Of a stretch of DNA of 64,000 nt, positions 30,851 to 40,282 are shown piece by piece (position 1 is the first letter of the stretch; the number at the start of each line of letters is the position of its first letter). The notes below the pieces were generated by a model. The model made no database searches and had not been told where the DNA came from. It saw only the letters and a list, made by a program, of their open reading frames with translations. The translations under genes were made by a program, and so were the position numbers. Origin of the DNA: Alphaproteobacteria bacterium (GTDB lineage: Bacteria; Pseudomonadota; Alphaproteobacteria; MPNO01; UBA830); NCBI GenBank assembly GCA_964291215.2, contig OZ219791.1, forward strand, positions 3,456,001 to 3,520,000, read 5' to 3'.

Positions 30851-31692
30851 GCACCGGTTCCAACAGCCGCGTCCGGAATTTGGAAATCCTTGCGGCCAAA
30901 ATCAGGCGCAATGCCCTAGACATCTGCATGCAACGCGGCGGTTACGCGGGGCAGGGCGTTGCCTTGGCCGATATTGCGGCGTGCCTCTATTTTGACGAAC
31001 TGCGTCCCGACGGCAGGGGTTGGTTTCATGACCGGTTTGTGCTGTCGAACGGGCACGACGCGATCATGAGCTATGCGGCGTTGGCAGAGCACGGCTCATA
31101 CACGCTCGAGGAGTTGCGGACCTACAACGCCGACGGCACGAAGATCGATCAGAGTCCCATCGAGGGGCAGCGGGGGTTTGAAATCACCGCCGGTTCCCTG
31201 GGGCAGGGGCCGTCACAGGCGGCCGGTATCGCCTGGGCAGAGCGGCAGAGGGGAACCGACAAGCGAATCTATTGCCTGTTCTCGGATGGCGAGCTTCAGG
31301 AGGGCAATGTTTGGGAGGCTGCCATGTTCGCCGCTCACCAAAAGCTCTCCAATCTGGTCTACATCATCGACAACAACGACCTTCAGGCCTCGGGCGCCAC
31401 GACAAACGTGATGAGCGTCGAGCCGGTTCCGGAGAAATTCGAGGCGTTTGGGTGCTTTGCGCGGCGGGTCAATGGAAACAGCGTCACCGAAGTGCTTGAA
31501 GCGTTCGAAGAGGCCAAAAGCGTTGCCGGCAAACCTTATGTCATGGTCTGCGATACCAGGATATTCGCGGGAATCGACTGTCTGCGGGAAGCGCTGCCCA
31601 TGGCGCACTATGTCGCGCAAAACGCCGCGAACTGGGAGGCGGGACTGGCGGAAATCGATGCGAAGATCGCAGATTTGGCCGGCGGCGCGTGA
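30847..31692 (+). CDS. Split transketolase, N-terminal subunit 2
   Basis: DRFVLSNGH, GSLGQG, SDGELQEGNVWEA..DNN; ATGA overlap. Confidence 0.9.
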   Translation: MSTGSNSRVRNLEILAAKIRRNALDICMQRGGYAGQGVALADIAACLYFDELRPDGRGWFHDRFVLSNGHDAIMSYAALAEHGSYTLEELRTYNADGTKIDQSPIEGQRGFEITAGSLGQGPSQAAGIAWAERQRGTDKRIYCLFSDGELQEGNVWEAAMFAAHQKLSNLVYIIDNNDLQASGATTNVMSVEPVPEKFEAFGCFARRVNGNSVTEVLEAFEEAKSVAGKPYVMVCDTRIFAGIDCLREALPMAHYVAQNAANWEAGLAEIDAKIADLAGGA

Positions 31693-31717
31693 TCTTGAAA
31701 GCAGTGAGGATTTAACG

Positions 31718-32509
31718 ATGAGCAGTGAATTGACGGACAATAGGCCGCTGACCGGCAAAGTGGCGGTCGTTACCGGGGCGGGACGCGGAATTGGCCGGTC
31801 AATCGCCCTGGCGCTGACCAGGGCCGGAGCGGATCTGGCCATTTGCTCCCGCACGCCCGCTGAAATTGAAGCGACGCAGGAGGCCATCGTGGACCTCGGC
31901 GTCCGTTGCTTCGTCGGTATCGCCGATCTTTCCGACCCAAAGGCAACGGAATCCGTTTGTGACGAAATTCTCACCGAGTTCGGGCAGGTTCACGTGCTGG
32001 TAAACAATGCCGGTGCGTAGCTTGAGACCAGTCCGGTCGCGGAGTCCGATCCGGATCGGTGGTGGAAGACAGTCGAGGTGAATGTGCGCGGCCCCTATCT
32101 GGTTACCCGGTTTCTCCTTCCGGGTCTCGCGGACGGAGCGAAGATCATCAATCTTTCCTCCGGCGCGGGCCGGAGTGCCGGTAATCGGAACAGTTCGTAC
32201 CATGTCGCCAAGGCCGGGCTGCACATGTTTACCGAGACACTGGCCAACGAACTTTGGCCGCGCCGGATCGATGTAAACAATCTCATTCCGGGTCCGGTTG
32301 CGACAACCAACTTCACCCGCGAAGCACCCGGGACGGCAACACCCGAGGAAATCCTGGAACGTTTGGGCACTGAGACGCCGCCCAACTTTCCGCCGTCGGA
32401 GCGCCTGAAGCATCCGGACGAAATAGGCGAGTTTGCGCTTTACCTGGCAACGCGTCCGGTCGGCGGTCCCACCGGTCAAACATACTCGCTCGCCCGGCGT
32501 CCGCTGTGA
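31718..32509 (+). pseudogene. SDR oxidoreductase with one in-frame TAG
   Basis: TGAGRGIG, NNAGA* (TAG 32018-32020); the same frame continues to YHVAK and NNLIPG. Confidence 0.85.
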
Positions 32510-32552
32510 GCCAGACGTGAAGAAAGCCGTTGACATGCTGCCGTCAATTTAT

Positions 32553-32576
32553 AAAGGTATAGACGTATAGCACTTT
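32553..32576. promoter_or_regulatory. Putative GntR/HutC operator, copy 3
   Basis: AAAGGTATAGACGTATAGCACTTT, just downstream of TTGACA (32530) and upstream of tctC. Confidence 0.78.
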
Positions 32577-32618
32577 GTACAGCCCGATTTATCGAAATTC
32601 CGAAGCAAGGAGGGCTTC

Positions 32619-33605
32619 ATGAAATTCCTCAAATCAGCAGTAACCGCGGTTGCGCTCGCCTTTCTCCTGACAACGGGAATTGGCGGTAAGGCAACTGCTC
32701 AAGACAAATGGCCGACAAAGCCGATCAGCATCGTTGTTTCGTTTAAGGCCGGTGGCAACGCCGATATCGTCGCGCGGATGAACGCCGAAGCGCTCAGCAA
32801 AGAGCTGGGTGTACCGGTCAATGTTCTGAACAAGCCTGGTGGCGCGCACATTCCAGCCACCATGTTTGTCCTGAATGCGCCGGCGGACGGCTATACATTG
32901 TTCAACTGGTCGCCGCCGAGCTTCATGGTCGTGCCGTTGACGCGCAAGGTCCCCTACAAGCCGCTGCGGGACTTCATTCCGCTGTTCGCGGGGATCTCTG
33001 CGTCGAATGCTCTCTATGTGCGCGCCGATTCCCCATACATGACATTCGAAGAGTTCGTTAAGGGCGCCAAGGCCAGGAAACTTACCATCGGCGTCAATAA
33101 CCTGGGTGCGCCGCCCAACCTTTCGGCCGTGCAGATGGCAAAGGAGTTCGGGCTGGAGTTCAAGACGCTTGCCCTGAAGACCGTTCCGGCAACCATGATC
33201 GGCTTGCTCGGCGGGCAGGTCGACGTTGCGGTCGGGCAGGTGGCCTCGATCCACAAATATGGCGAAAAGGTTCGTCCGTTGGTCATCTTGGACAACAACC
33301 GCAAGGCCTTCTATGCCAAGGATCTGCCGGGCGTGCGCACGGTTGGGGAAGTATTCCCGGGCAAGAATGCCGGTACTTGGGTTCACGGCGGCTTGGCGGT
33401 GAAAGCGGGTACGCCCCAGCACATCGTCGACCGGCTGCTCGAGGCCAGCAAGGTGATGGGAAAGCCGGCGTTCATCGCGAAAGTCCCCAAGAGCGTCAGC
33501 TATGACTGGGTTCATGGCACCGAGGCCACCCGCGAGAAAATCCAGGACGGTATCGATCTCTATTCGCCGCTCCTGGCAAGTCTTGGCCTGTTGGTGAAGA
33601 ACTAG
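32619..33605 (+). CDS. tctC: Tripartite tricarboxylate transporter substrate-binding protein
   Basis: Signal peptide, WPTKPISIVV.FKAGGNADIVAR, NKPGG, APADGYTL. Confidence 0.92.
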   Translation: MKFLKSAVTAVALAFLLTTGIGGKATAQDKWPTKPISIVVSFKAGGNADIVARMNAEALSKELGVPVNVLNKPGGAHIPATMFVLNAPADGYTLFNWSPPSFMVVPLTRKVPYKPLRDFIPLFAGISASNALYVRADSPYMTFEEFVKGAKARKLTIGVNNLGAPPNLSAVQMAKEFGLEFKTLALKTVPATMIGLLGGQVDVAVGQVASIHKYGEKVRPLVILDNNRKAFYAKDLPGVRTVGEVFPGKNAGTWVHGGLAVKAGTPQHIVDRLLEASKVMGKPAFIAKVPKSVSYDWVHGTEATREKIQDGIDLYSPLLASLGLLVKN

Positions 33606-33868
33606 AAATAAGTTGGTGTGCCGGGGTGTAGCTCCCGGGCCTCCGGCGCACCAACCTCATTGCGGGACTTTCCCACGCTGTGGTTGATGTTTTGGATGAG
33701 CGCTGAACGGGGCACAAATTTCCGCATTCATGCCAGATTATCTGACTGCGGCGATCCGTGGACGGCCCTGCGGCCAGAAAATCCGGCCGGCTGTGCAACC
33801 TCCCTGCATCAGCAGTCGGCAAGATCGGACGCAGCGTGGGAAAGTCCTGACGTCATGGGGGTGGGGAC

Positions 33869-34330
33869 ATGATTACGCAGCGCGCAGCGAATATAGCGTT
33901 CAATGTCCTGGTAATCGTGGCGGCCGCTTTCTTCGCGCTGGAAGCGGAGACATTTCAAACCTCCGGATTACTCGCCAGTACAGGCTTGCCTTCCAAGTTC
34001 TTTCCGCAGCTCATGTTAGCTTTCATCGGCCTCTGCTCGGTAATTGTCTTCGGAACCTATGTATTCCGGGGCTTTGCGGGCACCGATGAGGGCGCCTCGG
34101 TCTTCGAAGGCGGTGGCGAAGCACGCCGCGGCCTTCTTGTCCTGGTCGTAGCGGTTGCCTGCTACCTCGTTTGGTCCTTCTGGAGCTTCATTCCCATGTT
34201 GATCCTCATCGGCCCGGCTTGCGCGCTTGCCATGGGCGTGAGGTCACCGTGGATGTACGTATCGTTGCTGGTGATGTCGGGCATCGTGTACCTCGTCTTC
34301 ACCCAGCTCCTTCGTGTTCAACTCACATAG
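33869..34330 (+). CDS. tctB: Tripartite tricarboxylate transporter small permease
   Basis: 153-aa TM protein, LPSKFFP, VFTQLLRVQL; lies between tctC and tctA. Confidence 0.85.
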   Translation: MITQRAANIAFNVLVIVAAAFFALEAETFQTSGLLASTGLPSKFFPQLMLAFIGLCSVIVFGTYVFRGFAGTDEGASVFEGGGEARRGLLVLVVAVACYLVWSFWSFIPMLILIGPACALAMGVRSPWMYVSLLVMSGIVYLVFTQLLRVQLT

Positions 34331-34342
34331 CGGGCGCGAACG

Positions 34343-35845
34343 ATGTTCGCGGGATTTGACGTTGTCGCCCAATCCATCGGCCAGCTTGCCGAGCCGATAA
34401 CGCTTGCGCTGCTCGTCGGCGGCATCGTTCTCGGTCTTATCATCGGCGTGTTGCCGGGTCTTGGCCCCCCCATTGCAATTGCCCTGACACTGCCGTTTAC
34501 CTTCCACCTTGAACCGATCGCGGCAATCATTCTTCTTCTTGGGATCTATTCCGCGGCCATCTACGGCGGGTCCATCTCGGCCATAGCGGTAGGCATCCCC
34601 GGAACCGGAGCCGCCATTGCCACCGTCCAGGACGGCAATAAGATGTTCAAGGCCGGCAAAGGCGGCGAGGCCCTCGGCCTCTCGTTGACCGGTTCGATCA
34701 TAGGCGGGCTGTTCAGCGTCATCTGCCTCGCCTTTATCGCGCCAATCCTGGCGGCTGTTGCGATCAAGTTCGGACCGCGGGAGTTTCTGGCCATCAGTGT
34801 GTTCGGCTTGGTCGTTGTCGTTCGGGTGGCGGGCGAAAGCTTGTCCAAAGGACTGCTGGTCGGCGCACTCGGCATCTTCCTGACGACTTGGGGCCTTGAT
34901 GAGCTGAACGGAACTGAACGCTATACGTTCGGCAGCTACCACTTGTACGAAGGCATCCCCCTCGTTCCGTTTCTCGTCGGGGTGTTTGCCGTGTCCGAGG
35001 TTTTGATCGGCGCTGAGCGCGCCCTGCAGAAACTCGACTTCGATCAGACCAGTCTGACCGTGAAACTGCCGGGCTGGGGCAAGCTGATGAAGATGAAGGA
35101 TGTGTTGTTCCGGTCGTCCGCTTTGGGAACCGTCATCGGAATCATCCCCGGCGAAGGGGCCGCGGTGGCCGCGTTCTTTGCTTATTCCGAAGCCAAGCGG
35201 CGGTCCAAGACGCCGGAGAAGTTCGGCACCGGACACGATGAAGCCATCGTTGCCCCCGAAACGGCCAACAACGCCACCGTTGGCGGCGCCCTGGTGCCTA
35301 CACTGACCCTCGGGGTTCCGGGCAGCCCTGCCGCCGCCGTTCTGTTGGGGGCGTTTCTCATCCATGGGCTGGCGCCCGGCCCCAAACTCTTTGCCGAGCG
35401 ACCGGACATCATGTACGCCATCTTCATCGGCCTTTTCATCATCAACGTCTTGATGATGGTGATCGGTCTGATGGCGATCCGTTTTGCGGCCAAGCTGATC
35501 CAGGTGCCGACGACGTTTATCGTGCCCGCGGTTCTGCTTCTGAGCTTCGTCGGAATCTTCAGCGTCTCCAACAGCCTCTTCAACGTCGGCGTGCTGTTGG
35601 GAGCCGGCATTCTCGGTTATGTCGTTCGCAAACTGGGATACTCGATTGCGCCGCTCAGCATTGGATTCGTGCTTGGACCGATCCTGGAAAACTCACTTCG
35701 CCAGTCTCTGGTCATTGCGGACGGAAGCGTCGGTGAATTCTTCAACACACCGATCGGTCTCGGAATTTATGCCGCGCTGGCGCTGACGATCTTCGGCGGG
35801 CCGCTGGCCGGTTGGGCAAACAACAAAATGTTCCAGCGGGATTAG
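34343..35845 (+). CDS. tctA: Tripartite tricarboxylate transporter large permease
   Basis: GVLPGLGP, YGGSISAI, APETANNA, PTLTLGVPGS. Confidence 0.95.
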   Translation: MFAGFDVVAQSIGQLAEPITLALLVGGIVLGLIIGVLPGLGPPIAIALTLPFTFHLEPIAAIILLLGIYSAAIYGGSISAIAVGIPGTGAAIATVQDGNKMFKAGKGGEALGLSLTGSIIGGLFSVICLAFIAPILAAVAIKFGPREFLAISVFGLVVVVRVAGESLSKGLLVGALGIFLTTWGLDELNGTERYTFGSYHLYEGIPLVPFLVGVFAVSEVLIGAERALQKLDFDQTSLTVKLPGWGKLMKMKDVLFRSSALGTVIGIIPGEGAAVAAFFAYSEAKRRSKTPEKFGTGHDEAIVAPETANNATVGGALVPTLTLGVPGSPAAAVLLGAFLIHGLAPGPKLFAERPDIMYAIFIGLFIINVLMMVIGLMAIRFAAKLIQVPTTFIVPAVLLLSFVGIFSVSNSLFNVGVLLGAGILGYVVRKLGYSIAPLSIGFVLGPILENSLRQSLVIADGSVGEFFNTPIGLGIYAALALTIFGGPLAGWANNKMFQRD

Positions 35846-35850
35846 GATGC

Positions 35851-37359
35851 ATGATGAGCGGCAATGAAAATCGGCCCAATATTCTGATCTTTTATCCCGA
35901 TCAGATGAGGGCGGATGCGATGGGGTGCGCGGGCAATCCGATCGTCAAGACCCCTTACATCGACCGGTTGGCCAACGAGGGCGTCCATTTTACGGATGCT
36001 CATGTTTCCTATCCGGTCTGCTGCCCGTTTCGGGCATCTTTGTTCACCGGCAAGTACGCTCAGGGGCACGGCCTGTACCAGAACCACTTCCCGCTCCGCG
36101 CCGATCAGATATTTCTGGCGCCGCTCCTGAAGGACGTGGGGTATCACACCGGGTACGTCGGCAAGTGGCACCTTGAAGGCGGTCCGCGGCCCGGGTTTGT
36201 CCCGCCGGGAGAGAGGCGGATCGGGTTCGATTACTTCATCGGCTTCAACCGCGGACACTTCTATCTCAAGTCCATCTTCTACAGGGATGATGACCGGCCC
36301 TATCACTGCCCGCGTTGGGAGCCTGAGTACCAGACCGAGCATCTGATTGACTTCATCGAGCAATCGGTTGCGAAGGATGACGGCAATCCGTTCTTCGGGT
36401 TTGTCTGTTACGGGCCGCCTCACTTCCCGAACGTCATGCCCGACCACCTGCGGAATCTCTATGGTCCAGGGGAGATCAACCTGCCGCCGAGCATTCTCAG
36501 CCCCGAGGAACACGAAGCGGAGCGACAGTTACGCCTCAAATTCGACCATGCGGGAAACCCGAAATCCGAAGATCACAGCCACGCCGGCGACGGACACAAG
36601 CCGCAGGGCGAACGGGAGACGGAGGAGGAGACCAGAAAATTCATTGCCGAGTACTACGGCATGGTCACCGGCGTCGACCACAATGTGGGCCGTGTCCTCA
36701 ATGCTCTGGACCGGCTGGACATCGTCGAGGACACCATCGTGATCTTCCTCAGCGATCACGGCGACATGCTTGGTCAGCATGGATACTACTGCGGCATCAA
36801 GAAGACGGCGTATCGGGCGGCCATGCAGGTCCCGTTGATTGTTCGTTATCCCCGCAGGTTTCCGGCCGGCAACAAGGTCGACGCGCTGATCGATGTCGCC
36901 GTCGATACAATGCCCACCCTGCTTGAGCTGTGCGGCATTTCCATCCCGAATTCCGTACACGGGACGAGTTATCTGCCTCTCCTGGACGGGACGGCGAAGG
37001 AGATCCGTGATGTAGTGATGTATCAGTCGATGAAGATGCCGGACGGCGACATTTCAGAGTTTACCTGCATGCCCGAGCGCGGAATTCGGACAAAGGACTG
37101 GCTCTACGTGCGTCAGCCCGAGCGCCGCAAGATGCTATTCGATCTCCAAAATGATCCCGACGAGATCAACAACTTGGCGGATGACGGTTCCTTGGGTAAT
37201 CTGATGGATGAGTTCGATGAACGCATTCAGAAACACATGGAGGAGACCGGCGACGACTGGGATCTTTGCTTGGACTTTCCTCCGGAGAACTATCTGACCC
37301 AGGAAGAGGGCAGGAAGTACATGGACGAGCTGGTTCCCCGCGCTATTCGGGTCCCCTGA
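35851..37359 (+). CDS. Formylglycine-dependent (S1) sulfatase, no signal peptide
   Basis: RPNILIFYPDQ, CCPFRASLFTG (CxPxR), GKWHL, PPHFP, SDHGD. Confidence 0.93.
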   Translation: MMSGNENRPNILIFYPDQMRADAMGCAGNPIVKTPYIDRLANEGVHFTDAHVSYPVCCPFRASLFTGKYAQGHGLYQNHFPLRADQIFLAPLLKDVGYHTGYVGKWHLEGGPRPGFVPPGERRIGFDYFIGFNRGHFYLKSIFYRDDDRPYHCPRWEPEYQTEHLIDFIEQSVAKDDGNPFFGFVCYGPPHFPNVMPDHLRNLYGPGEINLPPSILSPEEHEAERQLRLKFDHAGNPKSEDHSHAGDGHKPQGERETEEETRKFIAEYYGMVTGVDHNVGRVLNALDRLDIVEDTIVIFLSDHGDMLGQHGYYCGIKKTAYRAAMQVPLIVRYPRRFPAGNKVDALIDVAVDTMPTLLELCGISIPNSVHGTSYLPLLDGTAKEIRDVVMYQSMKMPDGDISEFTCMPERGIRTKDWLYVRQPERRKMLFDLQNDPDEINNLADDGSLGNLMDEFDERIQKHMEETGDDWDLCLDFPPENYLTQEEGRKYMDELVPRAIRVP

Positions 37360-37376
37360 CGGGGAAATCTGAGTTC

Positions 37377-38510
37377 ATGAGCTTCAACCAGCCCATCAAA
37401 ATAAAAAAAGTCGAAGCACTCCCAATTCGGGCCAGCGGCGGGGTAAGCCCCAACATGGCGCTCGGGTTGATGCCGACCCGCCCGGCGTTGTTGGTCCGGA
37501 TAGACGATGATCAGGGCTGCCGTGGTTGGGGTGAGGTCTGGGCAAACTTCCCGCCCCGCGCAAACCTCCACAAAACGCATCTGATAGAGAGTGTGGTTGC
37601 GCCGCGTCTTGAGGGCGTCACCTTCACCGAGCCTGAGGAAGTTGACGGATTTCTTCGTTCGAAGCTGTCGACGTACTTTCTGCATGTTGGTCAGCTTCAG
37701 GTTTTCGAGCACTTGTTGGCGGGTATCGATATTGCGCTGTGGGACCTTGCGCTGCGCAGCGCCGGCTCAAATTTTGCCGCGCATATGGGATTGAGTGATG
37801 CGAGCGCGGCCTGCTACGCGAGTTCGATCAATCCACCGGATCTTGAGCGGTTGATGCTGCGACATGCCGACTGGGGCCAGTCCCTGTTCAAATTGAAGAT
37901 CGGGTTCGACGACGATGCCGATCGGAGCTTCGTCGAAAAGGCCTCCTCCATTCGGCCGCCGGGCACGAGCATCATGCTGGACAACAACCAGACGTGGGAC
38001 CGGCCGCATGCCGAGAGCATGCTCAAGTCGCTGGAGGAATTCGACCCATTGTTCTCCGAGGAACCTATACCGGCCAATTCGGGATTGGGCGAATGGGAGC
38101 AGCTTGCCAAGGCGACATCGATCCCGTTGGCGGGCGGCGAGAACATATATGGGGTCGACGATTTCCTGCGAATGGCAGGGGCTGGTTTGAAGTATGTCCA
38201 GCCCGATGTCGCCAAATGGGGGGGCGTGACGGGCACTCTGAAGCTGTCCGACCGGCTTCCCGACGGGGTGGCGCTTTGGCCTCACTTCATGGGAACCGCG
38301 GTCGGCCAGATGGCCGCATTGTCCATTGCCGCGGCCGTTGGCGAGTCCGCGATCTGCGAGATGGACGTCAACGAGAACCAGCTTCGGACGGATCTGTGCG
38401 GCGATGTTCTGGGTATCGAAAACGGGCGTGTTGCACTTCCCGAAGGACTTGGATTGGTAATCCCTCCCGTGGCGGAGCGGCTCAAGGAGTATCGGGAGCC
38501 TCTGAACTAA
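37377..38510 (+). CDS. Mandelate racemase/muconate lactonizing enzyme (enolase superfamily)
   Basis: GWGE, GIDIALWDL, FKLKIG (KxK), MLDNNQ, EEP, GGEN, QPDVAKWGG, WPH. Confidence 0.9.
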   Translation: MSFNQPIKIKKVEALPIRASGGVSPNMALGLMPTRPALLVRIDDDQGCRGWGEVWANFPPRANLHKTHLIESVVAPRLEGVTFTEPEEVDGFLRSKLSTYFLHVGQLQVFEHLLAGIDIALWDLALRSAGSNFAAHMGLSDASAACYASSINPPDLERLMLRHADWGQSLFKLKIGFDDDADRSFVEKASSIRPPGTSIMLDNNQTWDRPHAESMLKSLEEFDPLFSEEPIPANSGLGEWEQLAKATSIPLAGGENIYGVDDFLRMAGAGLKYVQPDVAKWGGVTGTLKLSDRLPDGVALWPHFMGTAVGQMAALSIAAAVGESAICEMDVNENQLRTDLCGDVLGIENGRVALPEGLGLVIPPVAERLKEYREPLN

Positions 38511-38689
38511 GGGTTTGAACCAAGGGTTTGGACGAAGGGCCGCTTCGCGGCCATGGGTGATCGGGCTCCGTGCTGAGCGATCGACGCGAGTGGTTGTGTT
38601 GAGAGATCGGAGTTCCTGGGGTTTCGATGATCTGATCGAGGCGCCACACTTCCTGGTCTCCCGACTGTTCGGGAGGACCATCAACCAGG

Positions 38690-39460
38690 GAGTGAGAGAC
38701 AAGGGACGTTTCCCCTCTGCGCCAGAAGACGGTCGAGACGATGAAGGGTCTGTCGCACGCAGGAGAACTATCTGCGTGAGGTTACGATGTTCGACCTCCA
38801 TACCGGGCATCAGCTGGAGAGTCAGACGGGCGAGGAGATCGGGGCCTGGATCCCGGATGGCCTGGCGCCGCGCACGACCAACGTCACGGCGATCCGCCTG
38901 TTCCATGGTAGCGTGCTCGGCCAGCCCGAGAAGGTCCTGCGTTGTCGCCGGGTTCCCGACCGCCTGCCGCGGACGATCCCGGAAGAGGATGTCGAGCACC
39001 TGATCCAGGCGATCTACGCTACCGCACGGCAACCGTTGTTGCCTACGGCGCTGCGCATCTCGGAAGTGGTGTCGCTGCAGGTCACGGACATCCGCCGCGA
39101 GGAAGGTCTCCTGCACATCCGCGAGGGCAAGGGCCACCACGAGCGCCTGCCTGCCGTGCTCAAGGAACCGGAGCGCTACTGGAACTGGCCACGTCCCCGA
39201 AGCTGGCTCTTCTACCGCCACACGCCCGATGCGCCGATCACCGTGAAAGGACTGCAGGCCGCCTTCCGAAGGACCAGGTCGGCCCCGATCGCGGGGTCAC
39301 CTTTCACAGTCTGCGGCACCGCAACACATCTTCTCGAAAGAGGTGCGCCGCAGAGTGTCGTGCAGGACCGTCCCGGGACACAAGTCCCCGGAGACAACCC
39401 GGGCCCGCACCACGGATGTTCCGCAACTACCCGGTGGAGGAGTTCCTGCCGCCCCTTGAC
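38690..39460 (+). pseudogene. Tyrosine recombinase remnant of an integrase/IS91-like transposase pair
   Basis: LRISEVVSLQVTDI, LHIREGKG, TFHSLRH, ATHLLE; many frameshifts. Confidence 0.75.
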
Positions 39461-39469
39461 CCGTCCCCG

Positions 39470-39670
39470 GCGTGGCGGACATCATTCGCCACGCTTGGCT
39501 TCCGCGTCACCGACGCCGGACGCGCGCTCTCGTGCGAGGTGGTTGACCGCATCGCATCCTGTCTCGGCGGTCACCTCTACCAGTGCACCCGCGCTTCCAT
39601 GTCGCCTGGCACTCACCGTCACTGCCCCCAGAGCGCCGCTGCGCAGGCGGCCCATGTCCTGCCCGTGGTA
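39470..39670 (+). pseudogene. IS91-like transposase zinc-binding N-terminal remnant
   Basis: IASCLGGHLYQC..RHCPQ..VLPV. Confidence 0.6.
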
Positions 39671-40282
39671 ACACGAAGAAGAAGGAAATCCAGTACCGCA
39701 ATGGCGGCCGGGCCCCAAGGGCGACCCTGAAGCCGTCAACGCACATGACTTCCCCGATCCGGAGCTCGGATCCCCTGCGGGGTCTACGATCTCACCGCCA
39801 ATGCCGGCCGGGTCAGCGTCGGGCACGATACGGCGGCATTCGCGGTCGAGACCCTGCTGGTGGCGGCAGATGGGCCGGCTGCTCTATGCCGGGCGCCTGC
39901 TGATCACCGCCGACGGCAACAGCCGCAACCGGCTGTGGAAGCTGCAGCACCTCGCCGACGAACTCGGGTTGAAGGTGTCGGTGGCCCGCTTCCCGCCCGG
40001 AAAGTGGAACAAGATCGAGCACCGGATGTTCTGCCATATCACCCGGAACTGGCGCGGCCGGCCCCTCGTCAGCTACCAGGTGATCGTCAAGCTGATCGCC
40101 GCGACCACCACCGGGCTCACCATACGCTCGCACCTCGACGAGAACAGCTATCCGCTCGGGGTCAAGGTCAGCGACGATCAGATGGACGGCCTCGCCATCC
40201 GCAGAGACCCGTTCCACGGCGAGTGGAACCATATCCTCGCGCCACGGGCATAATAATCAAAATATTTTGGCGAGCCTGCTTA
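39670..40282 (+). mobile_element. ISAzo13-family transposase remnant (3' half)
   Basis: KKKEI, HDFPDPELG, LLITADG, KWNKIEHRMFCHITRNWRGRPL, FHGEWNH. Confidence 0.85.

Noticed and set aside
19088-32020. Three in-frame TAG codons (19088, 20199, 32018) suggesting amber recoding
   Set aside because: TAG is the normal stop of several intact genes here (33605, 34330, 35845, 51661), the PIN gene also has a frameshift, and no pyl genes or suppressor tRNA are visible. Point mutation is simpler.
38509-38545. AAGGGTTTG.AC-like 13-bp periodic repeat
   Set aside because: Two and a half degenerate copies; too short to support iteron or array status.
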